This document shows, one piece after another, positions 1-9,089 of a stretch of 64,000 nucleotides of DNA. The stretch is from an uncultured delta proteobacterium. GTDB lineage: Bacteria; Desulfobacterota; Desulfobaccia; Desulfobaccales; 0-14-0-80-60-11. Numbering within the stretch: position 1 is the stretch's first letter; the number at the start of each line of letters is the position of its first letter. The stretch spans positions 168,769 to 232,768 of the forward strand of contig CAWIDL010000032.1 in NCBI GenBank assembly GCA_963834795.1, written 5' to 3'. The notes under the pieces were generated by a model. That model saw nothing but the letters and a program-made list of their open reading frames with translations, was not told the DNA's origin and made no database searches. The position numbers and the translations under genes were made by a program.

Positions 1-1208
1 ACGGCCTGGAGCTGCTGCAGAAGGCCAGGGAGATGGACCCGGACCTGCCGGTAATCATGATCACCGCCTATGCCGGGGTCACCCAGGCAGTGGCGGCCAT
101 GCGGGCCGGGGCCCACGATTATCTTGCCAAGCCCTTCCAGCACCGGGAGGTCATCCGCCTGCTGCACCGGGCCCTGGGGGAGCGGCAGCGCCGGAGGGGG
201 ATCGAGGTCGGGCCGGATAGAGATAGCGGTTGCTGCCTCAAGGAGTCCATGGGGCCCAGCGATGCCGTCGGCAGGCTGATCACCGAGGTCAACCGGGTGG
301 CCCACTCCGATTTCTCCGTGGTAATCCTGGGCGAGACCGGCTCCGGCAAGGAGTTGGTGGCCGCAGCCATCCACCGGTATAGCCCGCGGGCAGCCGGCCC
401 CTTTGTGGCGGTGGACTGCGGCGCCATCCCCGAGGCCTTGTTGGAGAGCGAGCTGTTCGGCTATGAGAAGGGGGCCTTCACCAGCGCCGACGCCAAGAAA
501 TTAGGCAAATTGGAGATAGCCAGGGGAGGAACCCTGTTTTTGGACGAGATCTCCAACCTGCCCCCGGGCTCCCAGGCCAAACTGCTCCGGGTCTTGCAGG
601 AAAAGACGATCCAGCGGCTGGGAGGCAACATCCCCTTGAAAGTGGACATCCGGCTGCTGGCCGCCACCAATCAGGACCTGGAAGCGGTGGTGGCGGCTGG
701 CGCCTTTCGGCGGGACCTATACTACCGCCTGAATGAATTCAGCATCCACCTCCCGCCTCTCCGGGACCGGCGGGAAGACATTCCCTACCTGGCCGGGCGG
801 TTTCTTGACAAGACCAACGCCGAACTCCACAAGGAAGTGAAAGGGTTCTCCGGCAGCGCCCTGGAGGCCCTTTCCTCTTACCTTTGGCCGGGCAACGTCC
901 GGCAGTTGCGCTCCGTCATCCGCCGGGCGGTACTCCTGGCCAGGGACCTCATCACCCCGGGCCATCTTAATATCAATGGGACCGGGGCGCCTGCGCAGTC
1001 CATGCCTCCCCGGGCGCCGGAGGCCTCCTGGCGAGACGGCTCCCTCAAGGAGATCGTGCGCCTCAATGTGGACCGGGTGGAAAAGGAGGTTCTCACCCAG
1101 GCGTTGCAGCAAACCCATGGCAACAAGGCCAAAGCCGCCCGGATGCTTTCCATCGATTACAAGACCATGCACCTGAAAGTCAAACAGCACGGCATCAATT
1201 ACCTCTGA
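1..1208 (+). CDS. Sigma54-dependent NtrC-family response regulator (GvrA-like), 5' end outside window
   Basis: Frame open from the window start. End of a receiver domain (VIMITAYA..AHDYLAKPF), Walker A GETGSGKE, GAFTSA loop, WPGNVRQL, C-terminal Fis-type HTH (GNKAKAARMLSI). Confidence 0.93.
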   Translation, partial: GLELLQKAREMDPDLPVIMITAYAGVTQAVAAMRAGAHDYLAKPFQHREVIRLLHRALGERQRRRGIEVGPDRDSGCCLKESMGPSDAVGRLITEVNRVAHSDFSVVILGETGSGKELVAAAIHRYSPRAAGPFVAVDCGAIPEALLESELFGYEKGAFTSADAKKLGKLEIARGGTLFLDEISNLPPGSQAKLLRVLQEKTIQRLGGNIPLKVDIRLLAATNQDLEAVVAAGAFRRDLYYRLNEFSIHLPPLRDRREDIPYLAGRFLDKTNAELHKEVKGFSGSALEALSSYLWPGNVRQLRSVIRRAVLLARDLITPGHLNINGTGAPAQSMPPRAPEASWRDGSLKEIVRLNVDRVEKEVLTQALQQTHGNKAKAARMLSIDYKTMHLKVKQHGINYL

Positions 1209-1216
1209 GGGGGAAC

Positions 1217-1735
1217 ATGACCAAAAAGGAAGAGAGCCCGAAAAGGGAAGCGGAATGGGGCACCGGCGTCGGCAGCATGTTCAAGGGCCTGGCGAACCTG
1301 GTGGAAAAGCTGGGAGACCTGGCTGAAAAAGGGGAACAATTGAAAAAATCCGGCCAATTTGAGACCAAAGAGGGCCTCCGGGGAATTTATGGCTTCAACG
1401 TCCGGATGGGAGGGCTCAAGGGCGAGGAAGTCCGGGTGGAGCCCTTTGGCAACCTGCGCCGGGATACAAAGTCCGGAGAAACCGTGGTTCAGGAGGTACG
1501 GGAGCCGGTGGTGGATATCTTTCAAGAGAAGGACCACCTTCTGATCATCGCCGAGATGCCCGGCATCCGGGCCGGGGACATCCGTCTGGAGGCGCAAGGC
1601 GATCTCCTTACCATTGTCGCGGAAAGAGACGAGAAGAGGTACCGCAAGGAACTGCTCCTGCCCGAGATCTATCCCCGGGACAAGATGAAGATCACCTGCA
1701 ATAACGGCATCCTGGAGATCAGATGCCGGAAGTGA
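1217..1735 (+). CDS. gvpH: Hsp20/alpha-crystallin family gas vesicle protein (GvpH-like)
   Basis: EPVVDIF..IIAEMPGI..NNGILEIR alpha-crystallin motifs; lies inside the gvp cluster. Confidence 0.8.
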   Translation: MTKKEESPKREAEWGTGVGSMFKGLANLVEKLGDLAEKGEQLKKSGQFETKEGLRGIYGFNVRMGGLKGEEVRVEPFGNLRRDTKSGETVVQEVREPVVDIFQEKDHLLIIAEMPGIRAGDIRLEAQGDLLTIVAERDEKRYRKELLLPEIYPRDKMKITCNNGILEIRCRK

Positions 1736-1897
1736 TGCAGTTTTGCGGTTTTCGGTTTCCGGTCCGCGGAGCAGATTAATGAGCCTTGACTGATCGCCCA
1801 TCGCCTGCTGTCGAGGTCAGGTTAAAGGAATTAGAGACGATGGGATCATCCCCATGGCGATTCTGTAGATGGTTTCAATTCATCAAGGAGAAGATGG

Positions 1898-4018
1898 ATG
1901 CCTGAACCTAAGGAAACTCCCCTGAAACTGAAGGTGGCCGAAGCCCTGAGCAAGGACGTGGGACGGGCTATGGCTCGCATGGGGCCGGAAGACCTGGAGA
2001 GACTGGGGGTGGCTATCGGAGACCTGGTGGAGGTGGCGGGGAAAAGGCAGACCGTATGCAAGGCCATGCCCGCTTACCAGGAACTCCGGGGCCAGTCCCG
2101 TATCCAGTTGGATGGGCTGAGTCGGGAAAACGCCGGGGTGGGGATCGATGAATCCGTCCGGGTAAGGCCGGTTCCCTTTAAAGCCGCCGCACGGGTGCTC
2201 CTGACCCCCATGACCATTACTCCCGGGGAGCGGGATCTGAAATACATCGGCAGTCTGTTGGACGGTCTGCCCCTGGTGGCCGGGGACCGCATCCGGGCGG
2301 TGCTCTTCGGCAGCCGTTGGGCCGACTTCAAGGTGGAGAGCACCTCCCCCCAGGGGCCGGTGATGATCAACCCCACCACCACCCTGGTAGTGGGTAAGGA
2401 GCGGGTGGAAGAACGGCCCCAGGCCATTTCCTACGAAGACATCGGGGGACTGCGGCCCCAGTTGCAACGAATCCGGGAGATGATCGAGCTGCCCCTGCGC
2501 TACCCGGAGGTCTTCGCGCGCCTGGGGATCGACCCGCCCAAAGGGGTGTTGCTCCATGGCCCACCAGGATCCGGGAAGACCCTCATCGCCCGCGCCATTG
2601 CCCACGCCACCGAGGCCAACTTTTTTTCGGTGAGCGGTCCGGAGGTGATTCACAAGTTCTATGGAGAGAGCGAAGCCCACCTGCGCAAGATCTTTGAAGA
2701 AGCCTCCCGCAAGGGCCCCAGCATCGTCTTCCTGGATGAAGTGGACGCCATCGCCCCCAAGCGGGAACAAACCGTCGGGGACGTGGAGAAAAGGGTGGTG
2801 GCCCAGCTCCTGGCCTTGATGGACGGCCTTAACCGGCGCCAGAACGTCATCGTCATCGCCGCCACCAACATTCCCAACGCCTTAGACCCGGCCTTGCGGC
2901 GGCCGGGCCGCTTCGACCGGGAGATCTCCATCCCCATCCCCGACCGCCACGGCCGCCTGGAAATCCTGGAGATTCACAGCCGGGGCATGCCCTTGGCCCC
3001 GGACGTGGACCTGAACCATCTGGGGGAAATCACCCACGGTTATGTGGGCGCCGATCTGGAGGCCCTGTGCCGGGAAGCCGCCATGATCTGCCTGCGCCGG
3101 ATCATGCCGGACATCGATTTTGGCCTGAGCAGTATCCCCTACGAACAGATAGCCAAACTGGAGGTGACCCGGGACGATTTCCAGGCGGCCTTGCGAGACG
3201 TGGAGCCCTCGGCCATCCGGGAGGTGTTTGTGGAAATCCCGGACGTCCGCTGGGAGGACGTGGGAGGTCTGGAGACGGTGCGGCAGCGTCTCCAGGAGGC
3301 CATCGAGTGGCCCCTGAAATATCCCCAATTTTTCGAGCAGGCGGGAATCCGGCCTCCCAAGGGCATCCTCCTCTCCGGGCCTCCGGGAGTAGGCAAAACC
3401 ATGCTGGCCAAGGCCTTCGCCAACGAAAGCGGGGTGAACTTCATGTCGGTAAAAGGGCCGGCCTTAATGTCCAAGTATGTGGGGGAATCGGAGCGGGGGG
3501 TGCGGGAGGTGTTCCACAAGGCGAGGCAGGCAGCCCCTTGCATCGTCTTCTTTGACGAAATCGACTCCCTGCTGCCCATCCGCAGCGCCGGGAACAGCGA
3601 TTCCCATGTGTCGGAACGGGTGCTGAGCCAGTTTCTAGCGGATTTCGACGGCATCGAGGAGCTGAAGGGGGTATTGGTGCTGGGGGCCACCAACCGTCTG
3701 GATATTCTGGACCCGGCGGTCCTAAGGCCGGGACGCTTCGATGAGATCATCGAACTGCCCCTTCCCGACGAGGCGGATCGCCGGCAGATCTTCCAGGTGC
3801 ACCTGCGGGGGAAGCCATTAACTCCGGGAATTGACCCGGCCGGGCTGGCGGCTCGTACCGAAGGCTTGAGCGGCGCCGAGATCGGGGGAATTTGCCACCG
3901 GGCCGCCCTCAGGGCGGTGCGGCGAGCGGTGGCCGCCGCTCCGGGCCGGAAGGCGGCCACCCCAGCGGTCCTGATCACTCCGGAGGATCTGGAGGCCGCC
4001 CTGAGCGAGGTCCAATAG
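1898..4018 (+). CDS. Cdc48/VCP-family double AAA+ ATPase (GvpZ-like)
   Basis: CDC48-type N domain, two AAA modules (GPPGSGKT/FLDEVD and GPPGVGKT/FFDEID), two RPGRFD arginine-finger motifs. Confidence 0.93.
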   Translation: MPEPKETPLKLKVAEALSKDVGRAMARMGPEDLERLGVAIGDLVEVAGKRQTVCKAMPAYQELRGQSRIQLDGLSRENAGVGIDESVRVRPVPFKAAARVLLTPMTITPGERDLKYIGSLLDGLPLVAGDRIRAVLFGSRWADFKVESTSPQGPVMINPTTTLVVGKERVEERPQAISYEDIGGLRPQLQRIREMIELPLRYPEVFARLGIDPPKGVLLHGPPGSGKTLIARAIAHATEANFFSVSGPEVIHKFYGESEAHLRKIFEEASRKGPSIVFLDEVDAIAPKREQTVGDVEKRVVAQLLALMDGLNRRQNVIVIAATNIPNALDPALRRPGRFDREISIPIPDRHGRLEILEIHSRGMPLAPDVDLNHLGEITHGYVGADLEALCREAAMICLRRIMPDIDFGLSSIPYEQIAKLEVTRDDFQAALRDVEPSAIREVFVEIPDVRWEDVGGLETVRQRLQEAIEWPLKYPQFFEQAGIRPPKGILLSGPPGVGKTMLAKAFANESGVNFMSVKGPALMSKYVGESERGVREVFHKARQAAPCIVFFDEIDSLLPIRSAGNSDSHVSERVLSQFLADFDGIEELKGVLVLGATNRLDILDPAVLRPGRFDEIIELPLPDEADRRQIFQVHLRGKPLTPGIDPAGLAARTEGLSGAEIGGICHRAALRAVRRAVAAAPGRKAATPAVLITPEDLEAALSEVQ

Positions 4019-4019
4019 C

Positions 4020-4895
4020 ATGGAGATGATTCTGGAAAAAAGCATCCTAACCGGCGAACTTGCGGTGGGGGCGCCAGCGGCCCTTAACCAAAAATCCGGC
4101 GGTGAAGCCCTGTACCTCTTTTGCCTGGTTCCCGCCACCTATTTGCTGCCCCTGGAAGGCGCCGGGGTGGACGGGCTGCCGGCCCTGGCGGCAGAGCGCT
4201 TCCGGGAGATCACCGCCATCCTGAGCCCCGTGGCCCTGGAGGAGTTCTGCGGCCCCGGGGGAGAGGCCAACCTTCAGGACCTCTCCTGGCTGGCTCCCCG
4301 GCTGGCACGCCATCAAGAGGTCATCGGCGGCCTGATGCGCCACTCTCCGGTCTTGCCGCTGCCTTTCGGCACCCTGTTTTCCTCCCGGGATAGTCTGGCT
4401 CAGTGCCTGGCGCGGCACCGCCAGGCCATCCGCGGCTTTTGGGACGCGGTGGCTGGCAGGGAGGAATGGGCGGTCAAAGGGTTCCTGGATCGGGACCGGG
4501 CCCGGCAGCGCCTCTTTTCCCAGGCCCGCACCGGGCAGGGAGCGGAGCTGGACGCCCTGCCTCCCGGGGCGCGATATTTCCGGGAGCAGCGGCTCCGGGC
4601 CGACCTGGAGAGCCAAATGCGCCCCTGGCTTAAAGAGGCGCTGGGGCGAGCCCGGACGATTATCCGGGAAAGCGCCACCGCCTCTTGCCCACGCCGGTTG
4701 CTGCCCCGGGAAACTACCGGGCGGGAACAGGAAATGGTGGCCAACTGGGCCTTTCTGGTGCCCCGCCCTCAACTGGCCGCCTTCAGGGTGCGGCTCAAAC
4801 GGGCCAACCGGATGGGCGCCTCTTTCGGGCTGATATTCACCAGCACCGGTCCTTGGGCGCCCTTCAGTTTCGCCCCGGCCCTCAGCCGCGACTGA
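4020..4895 (+). CDS. GvpL/GvpF family gas vesicle protein
   Basis: LYLFCLV, H..VI...PVLPLPFGTLF, EWAVK and C-terminal TGPWAPFSF signature. Confidence 0.9.
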   Translation: MEMILEKSILTGELAVGAPAALNQKSGGEALYLFCLVPATYLLPLEGAGVDGLPALAAERFREITAILSPVALEEFCGPGGEANLQDLSWLAPRLARHQEVIGGLMRHSPVLPLPFGTLFSSRDSLAQCLARHRQAIRGFWDAVAGREEWAVKGFLDRDRARQRLFSQARTGQGAELDALPPGARYFREQRLRADLESQMRPWLKEALGRARTIIRESATASCPRRLLPRETTGREQEMVANWAFLVPRPQLAAFRVRLKRANRMGASFGLIFTSTGPWAPFSFAPALSRD

Positions 4896-4931
4896 GCGCC
4901 GCCACCACCAGAGCCACCCGATATCGACGTT

Positions 4932-5669
4932 ATGGAACTGTTGCTCTACTGCATCTTTCCTGGGGCCGGGCTGGCCGTTCCCTCATTCCTGACCGGAGTG
5001 GGCGGGCGTCCCCTGATGACCATCGGCCGCGCTTCCCTGCACGCCGCGGTATCCCACTGCCGCCGCGCCGACCTGAATCCGGACCGCGAGACCTTGCAAA
5101 CCTACGGGCGCATCATAGAATGGTGCCACAACCATTATACCGCCATCCCCTTCCGCTTTGGCTATCTGCTGCCGGACGCCTCCCAGGTGGAGCGCCTGTT
5201 GACGGAGCGCCGCACCCACTTTGAGGCCCTCCTGGAAGGACTCCAGGGCTGCGTGGAGATGGGGGTCCGCATCTTTCTGCCCTGGGGAACCCCGGGAGGA
5301 CCCGCCGAGGAAGACCGCGCTGCAAGCGCTGAATCAGGTCTGGCTTACCTGAACGCCCGCAAGCGGGGCTTTGCCCGGGAAGACCGGGAGGACCGGGAAG
5401 CAGACCGCCTGGCAGAGAAGGTTTGCCTGGCTCTGACTGGACTTTATCGACGCCATTGCAGAGAATCCCGGGGGCTTCCCCAAGGCCGGTTGCTATCCAT
5501 GTATTTCCTGGTCCCCAGACCGGCGCAGGGCGCCTTTCGGGAGGTCGCCCGTGGCCTAAGCGCCCAAGGCCCGGGCGCGGTTCTGCTCAGCGGCCCCTGG
5601 CCCCCTTACAACTTCGTGCTGGCGGCCCCGCCGCTTAAGAGGCCCACTTCAGGTCTGGAGGAGCAATGA
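4932..5669 (+). CDS. GvpL/GvpF family gas vesicle protein
   Basis: LLLYCIF, AIPFRFG, EMGVR and SGPWPPYNF signature. Confidence 0.9.
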   Translation: MELLLYCIFPGAGLAVPSFLTGVGGRPLMTIGRASLHAAVSHCRRADLNPDRETLQTYGRIIEWCHNHYTAIPFRFGYLLPDASQVERLLTERRTHFEALLEGLQGCVEMGVRIFLPWGTPGGPAEEDRAASAESGLAYLNARKRGFAREDREDREADRLAEKVCLALTGLYRRHCRESRGLPQGRLLSMYFLVPRPAQGAFREVARGLSAQGPGAVLLSGPWPPYNFVLAAPPLKRPTSGLEEQ

Positions 5670-7135
5670 TGCCCGAGGTAAACGACGCTCCCTGCAAAGA
5701 CCGCTACCAGAAGCTCTACGCCATGCTGCTGGACGCCATCCCCTCGTCGGTGCTCCTCATCGACCGGGATCTTCGCATAGTTTCCACCAACCGCAATTTT
5801 TTGGAAAGGAGCCGCCTCTCCCTGGCGGATACCATCGGCCGGCGCCTGGAAGAGGTCTTCCCCCCGGTGATTCTGGATTACATGGACATCTCCCGGCGCA
5901 TGCAGCAGGTGTTTTTAGGGGGGGAGCCCACCGGCGGGGAGCGCCTGACCTACCGGGCGCCCGGCATTCCCCTGCGCATCTATTATTACCGCATCCTGCC
6001 GTTCACCTGGAAGGCGAAGGTGGAGAATGTCATGCTGCTCATGGACGACATCACCGAGCAGGTGCGGCTCAGTGAAGAGGTGCGCCGGGTGGAGCGGCAC
6101 CTGGCCAGCGTGGTGGAGAGCGCCAGCGACATGGTGCTGTCCGCCGACATCGAAGGGCGGATCCTCACCTGGAACCCGGCGGCTGAAAAGATCTCCGGAT
6201 ACGCCTTCGAAGAGGTGTCGGAATCCCCCTTTCTCCAGTTCTTCATCGAGGACCACCGGGAGGAGGTGCGGCAGACGTTATCCCACCTGCGCTATACCAG
6301 CAGCACCAGGTTGGGGTCCTGGGAACTCCTGAAAAAAGACGGCTCCCGCTTGCAGGTCTCCTGGGTCTGCTCACCCATGAAAAACGACCTGGGCCAGGCG
6401 GTGGGTATGGTGGCAGTGGGCCGGGACCAGACGGAGCAACGGAAGCTGGAGGCGCAACTGATGCAATCCCAGAAGCTGGGTGCCCTGGGAGTCATGGCCG
6501 GGGGCATCGCCCATGAAATCCGCAACCCGCTGGCTATCTGCTCCTCTGCCGCCCAGTTCCTCCTGGAGGAAGGCCTTACCCCGCAGTTTATCCAGGAATG
6601 CGCCCAAAGACTGCAAAGTGGCATTCACAAGGCCTCCAATATTATTGAAAATCTATTGCGCTTTGCCCGCCCCTCGGAGCCCCCGGAAACTGCCCCCGTG
6701 GATCTGGCCGCCACCCTGCAGGAGCCCCTGGCGCTGGTGGCTAACCAGGCCAGGCTGCAAAAAGTGGCCATAGAGCTCCGCCTGCCCCGGGAGCCCGTGA
6801 TCAGCAACGGGGTCGCCAGCCTGCTGCAGCAGGTTTTCATGAACCTTTACCTCAACGCCCTCCACGCCATGCCCCAGGGGGGAGCTATAACCGTTACCCT
6901 CGAAAAAGGGGAGGGAGAGGCGTTGGTACGCGTGGCCGATACCGGCCGGGGCATTGCCCCGGAAGACCTTGGCAAGATTTTCGACCCCTTCTATACCCGG
7001 TCGCCTGTGGGCCGAGGGATCGGGCTGGGGCTTTCCATCACTTACTCCATCGTACAGCAGCACTTCGGCGCCGTCGAGGTGGAGAGCCAGGTGGGCCGGG
7101 GGAGTACCTTCCTGGTGCGGCTGCCCCTCGGCTGA
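5666..7135 (+). CDS. Cytoplasmic two-PAS sensor histidine kinase (GvrB-like)
   Basis: Two PAS regions, H-box GIAHEIRNPL, N-box NLYLNALHAM, DTGRGI and GIGLGLS. Confidence 0.92.
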   Translation: MMPEVNDAPCKDRYQKLYAMLLDAIPSSVLLIDRDLRIVSTNRNFLERSRLSLADTIGRRLEEVFPPVILDYMDISRRMQQVFLGGEPTGGERLTYRAPGIPLRIYYYRILPFTWKAKVENVMLLMDDITEQVRLSEEVRRVERHLASVVESASDMVLSADIEGRILTWNPAAEKISGYAFEEVSESPFLQFFIEDHREEVRQTLSHLRYTSSTRLGSWELLKKDGSRLQVSWVCSPMKNDLGQAVGMVAVGRDQTEQRKLEAQLMQSQKLGALGVMAGGIAHEIRNPLAICSSAAQFLLEEGLTPQFIQECAQRLQSGIHKASNIIENLLRFARPSEPPETAPVDLAATLQEPLALVANQARLQKVAIELRLPREPVISNGVASLLQQVFMNLYLNALHAMPQGGAITVTLEKGEGEALVRVADTGRGIAPEDLGKIFDPFYTRSPVGRGIGLGLSITYSIVQQHFGAVEVESQVGRGSTFLVRLPLG

Positions 7136-7144
7136 GGTGGGAGA

Positions 7145-7540
7145 GTGAAGGTGGCCCAGGCAACCCCAGCGCTTACCTTGATCGTGGACGATGAACCCGA
7201 TATGTGCTGGGCCCTGACGCGCCTCCTGGATAAATACGGCATCTCCTCCAACCAGGCCTTAGGAGCCCTGGAGGCCTTGCAATACCTGCGGGTGGCCGAC
7301 TCCTACCAATTGGCCTTCGTGGACGCCAAGCTGCCGGACATGGACGGCCTGGAGCTGGCCCGGCGCCTCCGCCAGCTGGTCCCGGGGATACGCATTGTCA
7401 TGGTTTCCGGGTATTTCTATCGGGACGATGTGGCGGTGCAGGAGGCGATGGCCGAAGGGCTCATCTGCGGCTTTGTCGCCAAGCCTTTTGATCATCAGGA
7501 GATTCTTAAATTTCTGGATGGTATGGCAAGGATTCCCTGA
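7145..7540 (+). CDS. Single-domain response regulator (GvrC-like)
   Basis: IVDDE, D-AKLPDMDG, VSG and KPF receiver motifs; GTG start. Confidence 0.88.
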   Translation: MKVAQATPALTLIVDDEPDMCWALTRLLDKYGISSNQALGALEALQYLRVADSYQLAFVDAKLPDMDGLELARRLRQLVPGIRIVMVSGYFYRDDVAVQEAMAEGLICGFVAKPFDHQEILKFLDGMARIP

Positions 7541-7650
7541 ACTAGGGAGCGCCCTCCATAGAAACCGCGCATATAAATGGGGATAGCGAGATCCTGCCAC
7601 ATTTTAACTTGTAATTACAGTATGTTATCCGGCATGATTTTTTAGCCTGC

Positions 7651-7666
7651 TGGCATGGAAATCGCA
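7651..7666 (+). promoter_or_regulatory. Sigma54 (-24/-12) promoter of the gvpA operon
   Basis: TGGCATGGAAATCGCA = GG-N10-GC about 60 bp before the gvpA start; a sigma54 activator is encoded in the same locus. Confidence 0.8.
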
Positions 7667-7680
7667 ATCCCTATAGGCAA

Positions 7681-7699
7681 GCCGGCAGACGCTGCCGGC
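7681..7699 (+). promoter_or_regulatory. 5'-UTR hairpin of the gvpA transcript
   Basis: Perfect 8-bp GC-rich stem GCCGGCAG-ACG-CTGCCGGC between the promoter and the AAGGAGG RBS. Confidence 0.5.
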
Positions 7700-7726
7700 A
7701 AAATCTAAAGAAAGGAGGACCTCTCC

Positions 7727-7945
7727 ATGGCAAAGGTACAGAAATCCACGGATTCCTCAAGCCTGGCGGAAGTGGTGGACCGCATTCTGGACAAGGGTAT
7801 CGTCATTGACGTTTGGGCCAAGGTGTCGCTGGTGGGGATCGAACTGCTTTCCATCGAGGCCCGCGTGGTCATCGCCTCGGTGGAGACCTACCTGAAGTAC
7901 GCCGAGGCCATCGGTCTAACTGCCAGTGCGGCTGCTCCCGCTTAA
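7727..7945 (+). CDS. gvpA: Major gas vesicle shell protein GvpA
   Basis: [49 protein letters not shown] is the canonical GvpA sequence. Confidence 0.98.
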   Translation: MAKVQKSTDSSSLAEVVDRILDKGIVIDVWAKVSLVGIELLSIEARVVIASVETYLKYAEAIGLTASAAAPA

Positions 7946-8052
7946 GAAGGCCTGGCCCTGATCCCGGGTGGGGCGGCGGGTGCCCCCCTCCCGGGGAAGG
8001 GGTTAAGCTCTTGTCAGGGAGCGACCGCAGAAAATTCTTAAAGGAGCCCCAT

Positions 8053-8670
8053 ATGGGTAATCTGACCCAAGACATGACCAGGCTTTGCCAGGAGATCGGA
8101 GGCTGGCGCCAGGATCGCGGGCATCTGTGCCGGAAGCTGGCCCGAGACACCAGGACCCTGAAGGCCGTGGTGCAGAAGCTGAGGACGGAGACGAAAAAGG
8201 CGCAGACCCACCTGGCCAAGATTGCCAGGGCGGACCGCCTGAGCTTCGTAACCGATCTCAAGTACCGGGTGTTTCATCTGCGACAGGGGCATCGTCAGGC
8301 CTTGCAGCAGATGGGCGCGGAGAACGGCGCCCTGCGGCGGGCCTTCGTGGGCGAGGTGCAGGGCCGGGTGGGCAATCTGCAGGCCACTTTCCGGCGCAGC
8401 CATGCCGAGATGGCCAGGAAGGGCCGGACGATCCGGCGACAGTTCCTCTCCCATCTGGAAAACACTGTCAGTGCCCTGCGGCAGGAAACCGCCGACGACT
8501 TAAACGGGGCCCGCCGGGCCTTTTTTGGGCCGTCACTGGCAGAAAAAACGGAGAAGGCCGAGGCGGAGCGGCTGCACCGGGAAAAGCAAGAAGCCCAGCG
8601 GCGGGCCGCGGCCCTGGCCGAAGTGGAACGCCGGGCCAAGGAAGCGAAGAAACCGGAAAAGGGAAAATAA
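8053..8670 (+). CDS. gvpC: GvpC-like scaffold protein with 33-residue repeats
   Basis: ATG at 8053 after AAGGAG. Three helical 33-aa units (RTETKK..VFHL / RQGHRQ..VGNL / QATFRR..VSAL); directly follows gvpA. Confidence 0.75.
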   Translation: MGNLTQDMTRLCQEIGGWRQDRGHLCRKLARDTRTLKAVVQKLRTETKKAQTHLAKIARADRLSFVTDLKYRVFHLRQGHRQALQQMGAENGALRRAFVGEVQGRVGNLQATFRRSHAEMARKGRTIRRQFLSHLENTVSALRQETADDLNGARRAFFGPSLAEKTEKAEAERLHREKQEAQRRAAALAEVERRAKEAKKPEKGK

Positions 8671-8692
8671 TCAGGGGAAGGAGGTGGCGCCG

Positions 8693-9016
8693 GTGTTATT
8701 GCCAGAAACTCCCTGCGCCTTCTGTGGCGGTCACGGTAAGGATCCCTTCGGGATCATGTCCTGGCAGTCCACCTGTTGCGTCTGCGGGGGCCGGGGCTGG
8801 GTGCGGCAGCCCGCACCCTCCTGCCCGTGCCGCCATTGCCGGGGGACCGGGGCGGTGAAGACCCTCACCTGCACTGTTTGTGGAGGCAAAGGGATGGTGG
8901 CGGCCCCCCGGGGCCCCACCCTCCCCTGTCCCACCTGCCGGGGGTCGGGAAATGATCCCTCGGCGGCGGCCATGGCCTGTCTCACCTGTCGTGGTCGTGG
9001 TTGGCTGGAAGATTGA
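8693..9016 (+). CDS. Stand-alone DnaJ-type cysteine-rich zinc-finger protein
   Basis: GTG start after AAGGAGG; six CxxCxGxG motifs; no J domain (no HPD). Confidence 0.8.
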   Translation: MLLPETPCAFCGGHGKDPFGIMSWQSTCCVCGGRGWVRQPAPSCPCRHCRGTGAVKTLTCTVCGGKGMVAAPRGPTLPCPTCRGSGNDPSAAAMACLTCRGRGWLED

Positions 9017-9089
9017 CCCGGGGCGGTGCTGGTTCGTCTGCCTGAGCCACTCCGGGTCCCTTCAATTTCCTTAAAGGAGCGCGGCAACC

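Noticed and set aside
7813..8052. N-terminal extension of the 285-aa ORF overlapping gvpA
   Set aside because: Overlaps gvpA out of frame; the RBS supports a start at 8053.
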